Shown: positions 54,764 through 63,982 of the stretch, piece by piece
Numbering within the stretch: position 1 is the first letter of the stretch
Layout: every line of letters starts with the position of its first letter
Source: a virus
Direction: 5' to 3' (one strand)
IMG/VR virus record: IMGVR_UViG_3300007512_001412
Span: 1-64,000 of that record
DNA length: 64,000 bases
The notes under the pieces: generated by a model
Databases searched by the model: none
What the model saw: the letters and a program-made list of their open reading frames with translations, nothing else
What the model was told of the DNA's origin: nothing
Translations under genes and position numbers: made by a program

Positions 54764-56641
54764 CTACAGGGACGCGGCCTGCGCGAAGATATCAGCGAAC
54801 GCCGACGACGGCTTCGGCGCGGGCCGGGGCTTCGGCGCAGCCGCCGGGGTGGGGTCCACGCCCTTGCGCGCTACGAGGCGCTGGTGCAGGGCAGCCGCGT
54901 TGGCGAACACCGACTCCCTGGAGCGGGTGAACGTCTGCTCGCCCGCCCGGAATTGCGGCATCGTGACGATCGACATGCCGTCCTGCGCGACCGCGACCAG
55001 CAACTTCGCGCCGCCGTTGGCCTTGTTGTAGTTGCCCTTGCTGTTGGGCTCGACCGCCTGCACCTGTCCGTGCTTGAGCTTCTTGCCGTCCCTGAAGCTG
55101 ATGTAGCTGCCGACGAGGCGCTTCTGCGTGACGGTCGGGTTCTTCCGCGTCCCGCTCGCCCCGGGGCCGGCCCCCGGGGCCACGTACACGGTCGCCTCGG
55201 TCGCAGCGGGCTTGCTGGACGCCTCCCGCTCGGCGTCCACCCGCCCTCGGATGGCTTCCATTTCCGCCTGCGTGAGGCCCTTCCGTCCCCGTGACTTCGG
55301 GAAGCGTCCGTCCCCCGCGAGGTACTTCCGGTACTGCGTTTCGTACTTCTGCGCGGCCGGGGACACCGGGGGCGCGGGCTTGCTGGACGCCGCCGCCTTC
55401 TTCGCGGACGCCGCCGCGATCCGGGTGACCTGGGAGTAGCCGTTCTTGGTCTTGATCTTGACGGTGCCGCCGATCTTGGTGAACGAGATCGGCTTCCCGG
55501 CTTCGTAGCGCGAGCCCTTCTTGGTCCACGTCTTCGTGGACGCGGCGATCTGCTTGCGCCGGTTGCCGCTCTTGACCCACACCTTGCGGCCCGCCTTCGG
55601 CTTGGCGGCAGCGGGCTTCGGCTTGGCCTTGCCGTTGCCGTTCGCCTTCGCGGGAGCCTTCTTCGCGGGCTTCGCCTTCTTCTGCGCGGCGGCGGCGTCC
55701 TTGAGCTTGCGGACGATCCCCTTGGACGGGACGACGCTGCGGTAGACACCCTTGGTGCCGACCTTGCGGACGCGCCACACCCACTTGCCCTTCACCTTGG
55801 CGACCTTCTCGATCTTGCCGACGAAGTCCTTGTCCTTGCCCTTGAGGACGACGACCCACTGGCCGACGCGGTTCTTCACCGACGCCGGGGCTTCGTTCTT
55901 CTTCGCCGCCGCCTTCCGCTTCTTGAGCGCGATGGCGGCGGTGCGGACCTTGTCCGACCGCGTCTTGCGAGCCGTGGCGATGGACACGCGCGGCTTGCCG
56001 GTCTTCTTGTTCGTGCGCGCCTTGCGCTCCGCCGCCTTGCGCGCGGGGGACTTCATCACGGACTGCGGGACGCAGGACGCCGTGACGATCTTGGCGATGG
56101 CAGCGTAGCCGTCCATCGCAGCCTTCTTGAAGCTGGGGGAGGTGCCGCCCTTGACGTTCTGCGCCTTGCCCCGGGCGGTGTACCACTTCTTGTTGGTCAG
56201 GCCCGCTGCGGACGTCCAGCCCTTCCCGGGCTTGCCGACGACCGCGAGGCGACCGTAGCCGGTCAGATCCCGGTACAGGACGACTTCGACGCTGCGCGTG
56301 GTGACCTCCAAGTAGCCCTTCCACTGGCCCTTGAGATCGGTCGCGCCCTTCGCCGCCTTGGTGGGGATCGCCTTCGCCGCCGCCTGGAGCGCCTTGACGA
56401 CCGCCGCTTCGTTCGACCCCTTCGCCGTCTTCACGTTGGGGGCGTCGGACGCCTTGCCGTTGCTCCACAGCTTGAGCCCGGAGTCGGACTGGCAGACGAG
56501 CACGGATCGGCCCTTCGTGGGGGCCGCGACGTAGTAGATCCGACCCATCGGGGAGTTGCCCTCTGCCCGGAGGCCCAGGGGAACGTCAGCGGTGGGTCCA
56601 ACGACGCGGATCGGGATGTGCGTGGGCTTCTTGACGGCCAT
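54764..56641 (-). CDS. Highly basic Lys/Ala-rich protein (putative DNA-condensing core protein)
   Basis: AAGGAG RBS; KKAKPAKKAPAK-type tracts; KOW-like VGQWVVVLKGKDK. Confidence 0.75.
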   Translation of the reverse strand: MAVKKPTHIPIRVVGPTADVPLGLRAEGNSPMGRIYYVAAPTKGRSVLVCQSDSGLKLWSNGKASDAPNVKTAKGSNEAAVVKALQAAAKAIPTKAAKGATDLKGQWKGYLEVTTRSVEVVLYRDLTGYGRLAVVGKPGKGWTSAAGLTNKKWYTARGKAQNVKGGTSPSFKKAAMDGYAAIAKIVTASCVPQSVMKSPARKAAERKARTNKKTGKPRVSIATARKTRSDKVRTAAIALKKRKAAAKKNEAPASVKNRVGQWVVVLKGKDKDFVGKIEKVAKVKGKWVWRVRKVGTKGVYRSVVPSKGIVRKLKDAAAAQKKAKPAKKAPAKANGNGKAKPKPAAAKPKAGRKVWVKSGNRRKQIAASTKTWTKKGSRYEAGKPISFTKIGGTVKIKTKNGYSQVTRIAAASAKKAAASSKPAPPVSPAAQKYETQYRKYLAGDGRFPKSRGRKGLTQAEMEAIRGRVDAEREASSKPAATEATVYVAPGAGPGASGTRKNPTVTQKRLVGSYISFRDGKKLKHGQVQAVEPNSKGNYNKANGGAKLLVAVAQDGMSIVTMPQFRAGEQTFTRSRESVFANAAALHQRLVARKGVDPTPAAAPKPRPAPKPSSAFADIFAQAASL

Positions 56642-56645
56642 GAGG

Positions 56646-57485
56646 TCAACTCCTTGAAGACGTCCGCGCTGACGCCAGCGCGAGGATACCAAAGACAGCA
56701 GCGACGACTGCGATGATCGGGACAGCGGTGGAGACAGCAGTCCCCGCCTCTTGAACGGACTCGATTGCACCCCGGGCCGACGCGACTGCGCGTTCCAGCT
56801 TGTCCAGGGTGTCCTTGAGCTTGGGCCACAGCCACAAGCCGACTGCCAGGGCGAGCACGCCGACGAGCACGCCGACGAGGATCGGGGCAACCCCGAAGGA
56901 ATCTTCGACGGGCGTCCCGTCACGGAGGGCGGGGCCGATGGCGGCTCCCAGGTTGATGCCGTCGTAGTAGGTCGCCTCGACGTCATGCAGGATCGGGAGG
57001 ACCCCCCCGATGCCTTCGACGTCTTCCATGCCCCGGGGGAGCATCGGCTTGCCGCTCATGCTGTCGCGGGGCGTCAGCCCCATCGAGAGCGCAGCCATCC
57101 ACCCGTACCACTCGCGGTTCGCCTTGCTCCACACGCGCGCGGAGAGGTGAGGCTTCCCGTTGTCGAGGACCGTCCGCATCTTCGCCATGTGGTCGAGGAC
57201 GACCCGGAAGATCGCGAAGGCGCGTTGCTGCTCCTTGTCGTCCTTCCCGATCCGCTCCGCGATCGGCACGGCGGCTTCCAACGCCTTGCGGGCGATGGGC
57301 CGCATGGTGGAGAGGTCGCGCCACCACGCCAGGACACTCTTGCCCTCCTGCGCGGCTTCGCGTCGCACGCGCTCCAGGCAGAAGGGCGCGGGGAGGTCGC
57401 AGGACAAGGCCCCCAGGCGCACGCCGACGACGGCACCGTCCCGTAGGACCGCCTCGTCTTCGTACATGCGGGGGGCGTACGTCAT
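56646..57485 (-). CDS. Membrane protein with two C-terminal TM helices
   Basis: ILVGVLVGVLALAVGLWLW; IIAVVAAVFGILALA. Confidence 0.75.
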   Translation of the reverse strand: MTYAPRMYEDEAVLRDGAVVGVRLGALSCDLPAPFCLERVRREAAQEGKSVLAWWRDLSTMRPIARKALEAAVPIAERIGKDDKEQQRAFAIFRVVLDHMAKMRTVLDNGKPHLSARVWSKANREWYGWMAALSMGLTPRDSMSGKPMLPRGMEDVEGIGGVLPILHDVEATYYDGINLGAAIGPALRDGTPVEDSFGVAPILVGVLVGVLALAVGLWLWPKLKDTLDKLERAVASARGAIESVQEAGTAVSTAVPIIAVVAAVFGILALASARTSSRS

Positions 57486-57488
57486 GCC

Positions 57489-58328
57489 CTACTTGACCTT
57501 CCCCTTGATCATCAGGAGTCCACCGATTCCGACCAGTGCCGCCACCGCCATGAGCCCCATGCCGCCTCCCGCGTCACCGCCGCGTTCCTTGAGCGCCCGG
57601 ACGTCGGCCAGGAGCGCGTGGCTGTACGCCGTGCCGCCCGCGAGCGCGAACGCCACGCCTGCGGAACGGAACCGGATGCCGCTGGAGGAGGCGGCGATGC
57701 CGCCCAGCGACGTGACGCGCTGGTCGGTGCCGTCGTAGACCGCGCCCGATCCGCCGCCCAGGAAGCCCGACGCGGCCTCACGCCACCGCTGATCCAGGGC
57801 GAGCCAGTCGGAGCCCCGGTTGGGGATCGAGTCGAGGACGCGCCGCGCGTCCGTCAGGTTGCGGAGCATCGACTTGACGGCGAACTTGATCTTCTTCCGG
57901 GGAGCCGACCGGATGCCCTGCGCCTTCGCCGCCACCGCTTGGAGCGCCGACGACGTCCACGCGGACGCCGGGAGCCACTGGCCCGCGCCCCACGTGTAGG
58001 GGGCAGGGCGTCCCGAGCTGCCGCGTCCCGGGCGTCCCGGGCGTCCCGGGCGTCCCGGGCTGCCGCGTCCCGGGCGTCCCGACCCACCCTCTTGGATCAG
58101 GGGAGCCCCCTCCTCCGCGAGCGTGTTCATCAACCCCTGCCCCTGGTTGGGGAAGATGAAGTCGAGGATCTGCTGTCCGCGACCCCCGCCGCCGCTCTGG
58201 ACGTTGCTGCTCTTGCCGCCGCCGCTCTGGACGTTGCTGCTCTTGCCGCCGCCCTGCTGCGACAGGGTGTTGACGATGTTGTCGAAGAAGCCGCCGACCT
58301 GTGTGCGTTCGCCGTAGTCGTACATCAT
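57489..58328 (-). CDS. Gly-rich protein with repeats and C-terminal TM anchor
   Basis: GGGKSSNVQS and GRP repeats; LMAVAALVGIGGLLMIKGKVK. Confidence 0.75.
   Translation of the reverse strand: MMYDYGERTQVGGFFDNIVNTLSQQGGGKSSNVQSGGGKSSNVQSGGGGRGQQILDFIFPNQGQGLMNTLAEEGAPLIQEGGSGRPGRGSPGRPGRPGRPGRGSSGRPAPYTWGAGQWLPASAWTSSALQAVAAKAQGIRSAPRKKIKFAVKSMLRNLTDARRVLDSIPNRGSDWLALDQRWREAASGFLGGGSGAVYDGTDQRVTSLGGIAASSSGIRFRSAGVAFALAGGTAYSHALLADVRALKERGGDAGGGMGLMAVAALVGIGGLLMIKGKVK
58006..58080. repeat. 9-bp coding tandem repeat (GRP)n
   Basis: CGTCCCGGG units. Confidence 0.85.
58186..58252. repeat. 30-bp coding tandem duplication
   Basis: CCGCCGCCGCTCTGGACGTTGCTGCTCTTG twice. Confidence 0.9.
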
Positions 58329-58334
58329 GAAGCC

Positions 58335-59138
58335 TCAGAATCCGGTGTTGAAGTAGGTTCCGCTGCCCCACCCCGGGTAGCGAGAGAGATCGCCTGCGGG
58401 CGCGAGGTCGCGCGGCTGCGCGTAGTTGGTGCTCCACCCTTGCCGGGTGGGGAGCGTGTTCTGGATGCGGTCGTAGCGCGGGCGCACGGGGGGCGCGGGG
58501 AGCGGGTTCATGTGAACCGCCAGCGGGGACTGCCCGCCGCGCCGCGCCTTGGCCCGGTCGTACGCCGGATCAGCGACACCCTGCGCGCCGAAGGGGTTGC
58601 GGGCCGATCCGTCGTCGCGCGCTTCCGCCTCACCCTGGCGGAAGTAGTAATTCCAGTCCTTGCCGCCGAAGCAGTCTTGGCCGTAGGGCCAGCCGCGAGG
58701 CGTGCGATCGACCCACCAGTCATGGACCTCCCGATCACCGGGCACCGCACCGAAGGCAGCGTCGAACAACGCTTCTTCCTCCGTGAGCACGGCGTCCTGT
58801 AGGAGTCCGCTCTCGATGAAGTCGAACCAGCCGATCGCCGGCTGCACGTCGAGCACGCGCCGGGAGGCCCCGTGTGCGAGCACGCGCGAGCCGTCCGGGT
58901 AGCCCCACAGCGCCACGCCCCGCCTCCGATCGACGCCCTCCACGCGCGCCACGCCGCCAAACTGCGGCACGGCGGCGTGAAGCCACCGGGGCACCGGCAC
59001 GGGCCGACCGCGCAGAGCGGCTGCGCGCTTCGTCGCCTCGCGCTTCGCCACGTCCCCCTGATCCGGTCCCCCGTCGAGGGATCGGTTCATGGCGACGAGC
59101 AGGAAGCCGACGAGGGCCGCGACGGGGAGGAACGGCAT
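58335..59138 (-). CDS. N-terminally anchored hypothetical protein
   Basis: MPFLPVAALVGFLLVAM; four FG(G/A) motifs. Confidence 0.7.
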   Translation of the reverse strand: MPFLPVAALVGFLLVAMNRSLDGGPDQGDVAKREATKRAAALRGRPVPVPRWLHAAVPQFGGVARVEGVDRRRGVALWGYPDGSRVLAHGASRRVLDVQPAIGWFDFIESGLLQDAVLTEEEALFDAAFGAVPGDREVHDWWVDRTPRGWPYGQDCFGGKDWNYYFRQGEAEARDDGSARNPFGAQGVADPAYDRAKARRGGQSPLAVHMNPLPAPPVRPRYDRIQNTLPTRQGWSTNYAQPRDLAPAGDLSRYPGWGSGTYFNTGF

Positions 59139-59147
59139 CGGAGACTC

Positions 59148-59432
59148 CTAGCCGTAGTACCCGGGGTAGTACCCCATGCTCGCCTGCTGCATCTGCTCCC
59201 GGGCGCGCGCCTTCGCGCCGCCCGACCCGGGCTGCATCTGCTGCATCTGCTCCATGCGGCGGCGCTTGACCTCCTCGCGCTTGTCCACGTCGGAGGCACC
59301 GCCACCGCCGCCTGCGGGCGGGAGGCTGGGCGGGAGATCAACCGTGACGTCCACGGACGCGGCCTGGGAACGGCGGGCCAGGAGCAGCAGGGCTGCGCCG
59401 CCGCCGAGCAAGTACATGGTGGATCGCTTCAT
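59148..59432 (-). CDS. Small N-terminally anchored protein
   Basis: YLLGGGAALLLLARR; AGGAG RBS. Confidence 0.7.
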   Translation of the reverse strand: MKRSTMYLLGGGAALLLLARRSQAASVDVTVDLPPSLPPAGGGGGASDVDKREEVKRRRMEQMQQMQPGSGGAKARAREQMQQASMGYYPGYYG

Positions 59433-59444
59433 GGTGTCTTTCTC

Positions 59445-59582
59445 CTAGGGGGTGTTCATCGTGGGAGGGTGTCCATCGGCATCCCGAACCTGCGGGACGT
59501 CATCTTCCAGAGTCTCTTCACGCAGAGCAGATGCACCGACACGGTTCATGTGGGCTTGCCACTTTTCTCTCTGATAGCTCAT
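59445..59582 (-). CDS. Small hypothetical protein (45 aa)
   Basis: TGATG overlap and AGGAGG RBS. Confidence 0.4.
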   Translation of the reverse strand: MSYQREKWQAHMNRVGASALREETLEDDVPQVRDADGHPPTMNTP

Positions 59583-60082
59583 CACGGCCTCCTGGGTGTT
59601 TGAGTAAGAAGATTTCGGTACTGCTTAGGTGTAATCCTCAAGGTTGGCCCAACCTGCTGTGCGCGAGGGTACTTACCCTTGACTGCCTGCCACCCCTTTC
59701 GAGGACCTGCCCCAGGTCGATAGCCTTCGTCTACGAAGCCCAGCCAAATGCGGAAGGCAGGAGACTTCAGAGCGTAAATGAGCCACCCACGGCGGGGGAT
59801 CCCGTTACGGTCATTCCCTGCGTTGACTGCTTGAGCAAGAACGCGCCCTCGGTACACAGCCTTACCGAAGGTCGCGGACAGCCGACGGCCGAACGCGGAG
59901 TAGTGGACGAGCGCGTGACACTTGGCGTGTTCCCACCCCGCGGCGTACGCCGCAGCCTGCCACGATCCGGCCTTGGGCTTGGGGAAGGCGTACTCCCGAT
60001 CGGAGGCCACACCGGAGTTGTACGCGAAGTAGGCCGTCCAGCCCCGCGCCCGCCAGTCCTTCTTGTCCACGCCACCGAACAT
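59582..60082 (-). CDS. Basic hypothetical protein
   Basis: Coupled; starts MFGG; 3' part has lower GC. Confidence 0.65.
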   Translation of the reverse strand: MFGGVDKKDWRARGWTAYFAYNSGVASDREYAFPKPKAGSWQAAAYAAGWEHAKCHALVHYSAFGRRLSATFGKAVYRGRVLAQAVNAGNDRNGIPRRGWLIYALKSPAFRIWLGFVDEGYRPGAGPRKGWQAVKGKYPRAQQVGPTLRITPKQYRNLLTQTPRRP

Positions 60083-61311
60083 CAGGTCATCCCTCCGCCG
60101 AAGTCGAGGTTGGTCGCCTCCGTGCCGAAGTCCGGGCCGACCCCTTCGACCCCCGTGATCTCCGTCAGGGAGTTCGCGTCACGCACGGACCATGACTTGT
60201 CCTGATCCATGTCCGCGCCGCCGAACACGTCACCGCTGAACTCGTCGGCCAGAAGGCGCGCGGTGTTCCGGCGCAGCCGTTCCTCCGCGTACTCGTCCGC
60301 GTACGCCTGCGCCTGGGGCTGCGGCTGCGTGGGCGGGATCACGTTGACCTGATAGACCCGCTTGCTGATCCTGTACCCGCCGACCATGGCCGTGGTCCCG
60401 AACCTCGCAGACGACTGCGACGGGATGAACGACGGCTTGGACAGCGACTGCGACGGGATGAACGACGGCTTGGACAGCGACTGCGACGGGATGGACAGCG
60501 ACGGCTGCGACGTGCCCGCCGGGGCCAGCCCGCCGGGGTAGTAGTAGCTGGTGAAGCTCACCGGGCGGACGATGAAACGCCAGCCGCCCTTGCGGGGGAC
60601 GGAGAAGCCCACCTCGCGGCTCAGGATCCGCCGTGCCGCCTCGCGCGCGTGTCCCGGGTTGGGGGCGGGGAGCGTGATCCTCCAGACGTCCTGGCCTCCG
60701 GGGGTCACGAACCAGCGCCCGCCGCGCGTCTGCGGGATCGCCTGGGGGACGACTGCCGGGGACACGGGGACGTTGGCGTCGGTGAACCCGGGCAGCGTCT
60801 TGTTGAAGGGCGAGCCCTTGCTGCTGTCGATGAACGACGGATCGGCGGTCTTGTTGAACGACACGTTGCTGGTCAGCGCGCCGAAGCCGCCCTCGCACGT
60901 GGCGCACCCGAACAGGTTGGGGTCCCAGCCTTCGGGGACCTCGCCGGGGCGCACCATGCCTGCCGGGGGGACGCCCCACTGAGGCGGGAGGTTCAGACCG
61001 GCGGGGATGCGTCCGAAGGCGGATCGAGCCATCGCTTCCTTGAACTGCTCCTCGTCGTTGCGGCCCAGGGCCTCGATCGCGTCGCGCTGCCACGTCGGCG
61101 GCACGTAGCGGTAGGTGCGCGTGCTGCGCCGCCGCTTCTTGTGGGCGTGGAACTGCGCCTTGTGCTCCCGGGCGGCTTCCCGCGCGAGCCACGCCTGCGC
61201 GGTGGTGTGCCAGGAGAGATCCGGCCCTCCGAAGCTGTCACCCGCGAAGTGAACCCCCGCGCGCTGGAGCCGGTAGGCCGCTGCGGCGTCGATGGCATCG
61301 GTCTTGAACAT
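60082..61311 (-). CDS. FG-motif-rich mosaic protein (putative polyprotein)
   Basis: TGATG-coupled start MFKTD; eight FG motifs separating compositionally distinct segments. Confidence 0.7.
   Translation of the reverse strand: MFKTDAIDAAAAYRLQRAGVHFAGDSFGGPDLSWHTTAQAWLAREAAREHKAQFHAHKKRRRSTRTYRYVPPTWQRDAIEALGRNDEEQFKEAMARSAFGRIPAGLNLPPQWGVPPAGMVRPGEVPEGWDPNLFGCATCEGGFGALTSNVSFNKTADPSFIDSSKGSPFNKTLPGFTDANVPVSPAVVPQAIPQTRGGRWFVTPGGQDVWRITLPAPNPGHAREAARRILSREVGFSVPRKGGWRFIVRPVSFTSYYYPGGLAPAGTSQPSLSIPSQSLSKPSFIPSQSLSKPSFIPSQSSARFGTTAMVGGYRISKRVYQVNVIPPTQPQPQAQAYADEYAEERLRRNTARLLADEFSGDVFGGADMDQDKSWSVRDANSLTEITGVEGVGPDFGTEATNLDFGGGMT
60412..60492. repeat. 33-bp coding tandem repeat (IPSQSLSKPSF)
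   Basis: CGACTGCGACGGGATGAACGACGGCTTGGACAG, about 2.5 copies. Confidence 0.9.
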
Positions 61312-63320
61312 CAGGAGCCTCCAATGCGGCGCTGCGCGCCTAGGTTCGCCGGGGAGGGCCACGCGAAGTGACCGGCGAGGTTCTTCCGCAGGTTCCGAAC
61401 GGCTCGCGCGAGCGCGCGCGGGTCGGTCTGCGGTGTTGCGGCGGCGAGCACTCGGATCTGCGCTGCCACCCGGGCAGGATACTCCCCCAATTCGCCGTTT
61501 CCGTCCAGCATCGCCGCTTCCTCTGCAAGCCCCTCCGCGCACATGAGGTGCTTGCCGATGCAATCGGGGCACTGACGCCGGGGATCGGTGAGGTGCTGCT
61601 CCAGCAGGATCAACTGCTTGCACACCTCGCGCATGTTGAAGCGCGGATCGCGCAGGGGAAGGAGTCCGTCCTTGTCCAGCATGGCTGTCTCCCCACCGAA
61701 TCCGCCCACGCTCCAGACGGAGCCCTTCGGGATGATCGAGGTCTGCTCCGACAGCACCTTGAGGATGCCCCCGCCCGGTCCCTGGCCCGGGAGCACGGGG
61801 ATGCCCCGTCGCTGACGCTCCTGCGTGAACGCCCAGGACTGGATCGACTGCGCCGACTTCCCGATCGCTTCCGCGAGCCGCATCGCCAGGAGCGCGGTGA
61901 CGGCAGAGGCCGCGTGGATCTTGACCGGCCCCTGCTCCGACTGGACGGTGGCCCCCTTGTGGGACACCTCGCGGCCAAACGCGGTGCGCTCCGCCGCGCC
62001 CATGACGTCGCTCGCCTTGACCCCCTGCGCCGCGATGTACTCGCGGATCTGACCGATGGTCGGGCCGATGGGGTACTTCAACTCGCGCTGCTGCGCGACG
62101 GAGAGCCCGTAGACCCACAGCGGGAGTACGATCTGGTCGGGGAGGATGCCGTTGATGTTCAGCCGCAACGCGGACGTCAACGCCGCGTTCCGGGTCGGGA
62201 ATGGCGCAACGCCCCGATCCACATCCACGCGGAACTCCGCCTGCGGGAACATCATCTTGAGCTTGGCGGGCGAGAACATGTCGGTCGGAGCGGACTCCAA
62301 CGGACGGTTGAGCCCCATGATCGCCGCGAGGTCGAACAGGTTGCGGTAGACGTCGAAGCCTGCGAGGACGTCCCAAAACTTCACGGCCATGCGCCGCCAG
62401 CCGACGACGTTGCCCGTGTTGCGGAGCCCGGGGCTGTTGATATCCATGATGCCGCGCGTCCGCGTGCGGATCCGCTCGACTTTGTTCTCCAACTGCCGGA
62501 TGCGCCACTGTGGCTTGCGCTTGGCGTTCTTCAACTGCTGACGGGCCGCGTTGTACTCCTTGAGCGTGCGGTCGAGGCCCTGCATGGCCTGCCCCCACTT
62601 GTTCCGCGCCCGCCGGTACGCGACGACGGGATCGTCCTCGCGGATCACGGCGGCGGAGATCAACTCCATGACGCCGACCACCGCCTTGGCGACCTCCGCG
62701 ACGGCAGCGCCGCCGCCCTCGCCGTCCCCCTGGCCTCCGCCGCCCTTGTAGGCGGCCGACACGTTGGCCACCATGGAGCCGTAGACGACTACGCTGGCGC
62801 TGTCCCCTTCGATCCGCACGCCGCGCCCGCGCGTGGCGACGTAGCCGCCGAACGGGGCGTCGGCGGAGGGGCCGATGGACGTGGGAACGAGCGGAGCCGC
62901 CTTCACGGGCGCACCGTCCGCGCGCTTCGCGCCCTTGAAGAACAGGTCCAGGGCGGTCTGCGCGGCCTGCGCGAGTCGGCGGTGCCGCCACCGCTGCCCT
63001 TCCGACGTACCCCGGCGGGTCTGATCCAACTGCTGCCCCGCGCTCTGGACGTCCACGACGGCGTCGTTGAGCGCGTTGAGCGCGGCCTGCGCCTGCCACA
63101 CCTCGTCAGCGGTCGGGACCATGCCCTTCGCCGCAGCCTGACTCCACGCCGACTGGTACGCCCGCAGGAGGCTCTGAACGGACGAGTCCACACCGGGCAT
63201 CGCGTCCCCGATGACAACGGGGTGCATCGCACCGAAGCCGTCTACGAACACCTCGCGCCGCCCTTCCTCGTCAGCGAGGCGCGGGTCGCGGGCGATCTTT
63301 CCCCGGTGTGCCCAAGTCAT
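61311..63320 (-). CDS. Multidomain protein with coiled coils and a C-terminal CxxC-H domain
   Basis: 669 aa; DPRFNMREVCKQLILLEQHL...CPDCIGKH. Confidence 0.75.
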   Translation of the reverse strand: MTWAHRGKIARDPRLADEEGRREVFVDGFGAMHPVVIGDAMPGVDSSVQSLLRAYQSAWSQAAAKGMVPTADEVWQAQAALNALNDAVVDVQSAGQQLDQTRRGTSEGQRWRHRRLAQAAQTALDLFFKGAKRADGAPVKAAPLVPTSIGPSADAPFGGYVATRGRGVRIEGDSASVVVYGSMVANVSAAYKGGGGQGDGEGGGAAVAEVAKAVVGVMELISAAVIREDDPVVAYRRARNKWGQAMQGLDRTLKEYNAARQQLKNAKRKPQWRIRQLENKVERIRTRTRGIMDINSPGLRNTGNVVGWRRMAVKFWDVLAGFDVYRNLFDLAAIMGLNRPLESAPTDMFSPAKLKMMFPQAEFRVDVDRGVAPFPTRNAALTSALRLNINGILPDQIVLPLWVYGLSVAQQRELKYPIGPTIGQIREYIAAQGVKASDVMGAAERTAFGREVSHKGATVQSEQGPVKIHAASAVTALLAMRLAEAIGKSAQSIQSWAFTQERQRRGIPVLPGQGPGGGILKVLSEQTSIIPKGSVWSVGGFGGETAMLDKDGLLPLRDPRFNMREVCKQLILLEQHLTDPRRQCPDCIGKHLMCAEGLAEEAAMLDGNGELGEYPARVAAQIRVLAAATPQTDPRALARAVRNLRKNLAGHFAWPSPANLGAQRRIGGS

Positions 63321-63982
63321 GCGCCCAAGTCCTTCCCTTGCGCGAGGCGGGTGCGCTTGCGCTTGCGTGCCATGCCCTCACCGTACCCGTGGGACACGTC
63401 CCGAAGGACGACGAACCCGATCCCGGCTGCGATCAGGAACGGCCACGGCCCCAGGCCCGGGGGGGCGGGCGGGAGGCCCGCCTGTCCCGACCGGGTGGCG
63501 ATGGCTTGCTGCACCGCGTCGGCCAACTCGTTGACCGGGACGTTGTGCGTCAGCTTGTTGACCTTGTCGTAGATCGCTTGCAGCTTGTTGAAGTACCCCT
63601 CGCAGTCCATCACGTGCGCGCCCAGGCCCACGGCGGTCGCAATGTCCCGCAGGGACCATGTGAGGTTCCACGCGGGACCGACCGGGGGGAAGCGAAAGAC
63701 CTTCTCCGCGATCTCGCCCAGGCTCCCACCGCCGTAGAGCCAGCGCATGACGACGCCCCGCTCCGGGCTGCTCATGTACCAGCAGTCCATCCCGGCGTAG
63801 TTGCGGGGGGACGACTTGATCATGCGCTCCGCCCGGATCAGGAGCCCCTGCGCGAGCGCGTGGACGTCGCTGGGGAGCCGACCGGCGCGGAAGGATCGGT
63901 CCAGCCCACGCTGCAACGCGAGGTTGTTCCGCAGCGCGTTGCCCTGCGCGATCTTGCTCACGTTGTCCACGCGCCGCGTCAT
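63317..63982 (-). CDS. Hypothetical protein with C-terminal TM and basic tail
   Basis: GGAG RBS; PWPFLIAAGIGFVVL...RKRKR. Confidence 0.7.
   Translation of the reverse strand: MTRRVDNVSKIAQGNALRNNLALQRGLDRSFRAGRLPSDVHALAQGLLIRAERMIKSSPRNYAGMDCWYMSSPERGVVMRWLYGGGSLGEIAEKVFRFPPVGPAWNLTWSLRDIATAVGLGAHVMDCEGYFNKLQAIYDKVNKLTHNVPVNELADAVQQAIATRSGQAGLPPAPPGLGPWPFLIAAGIGFVVLRDVSHGYGEGMARKRKRTRLAQGKDLGA

Noticed and set aside
58006-60492. Tandem repeats as a CRISPR array
   Set aside because: Units are 9, 30 and 33 bp, in frame, without spacers; they encode peptide repeats.
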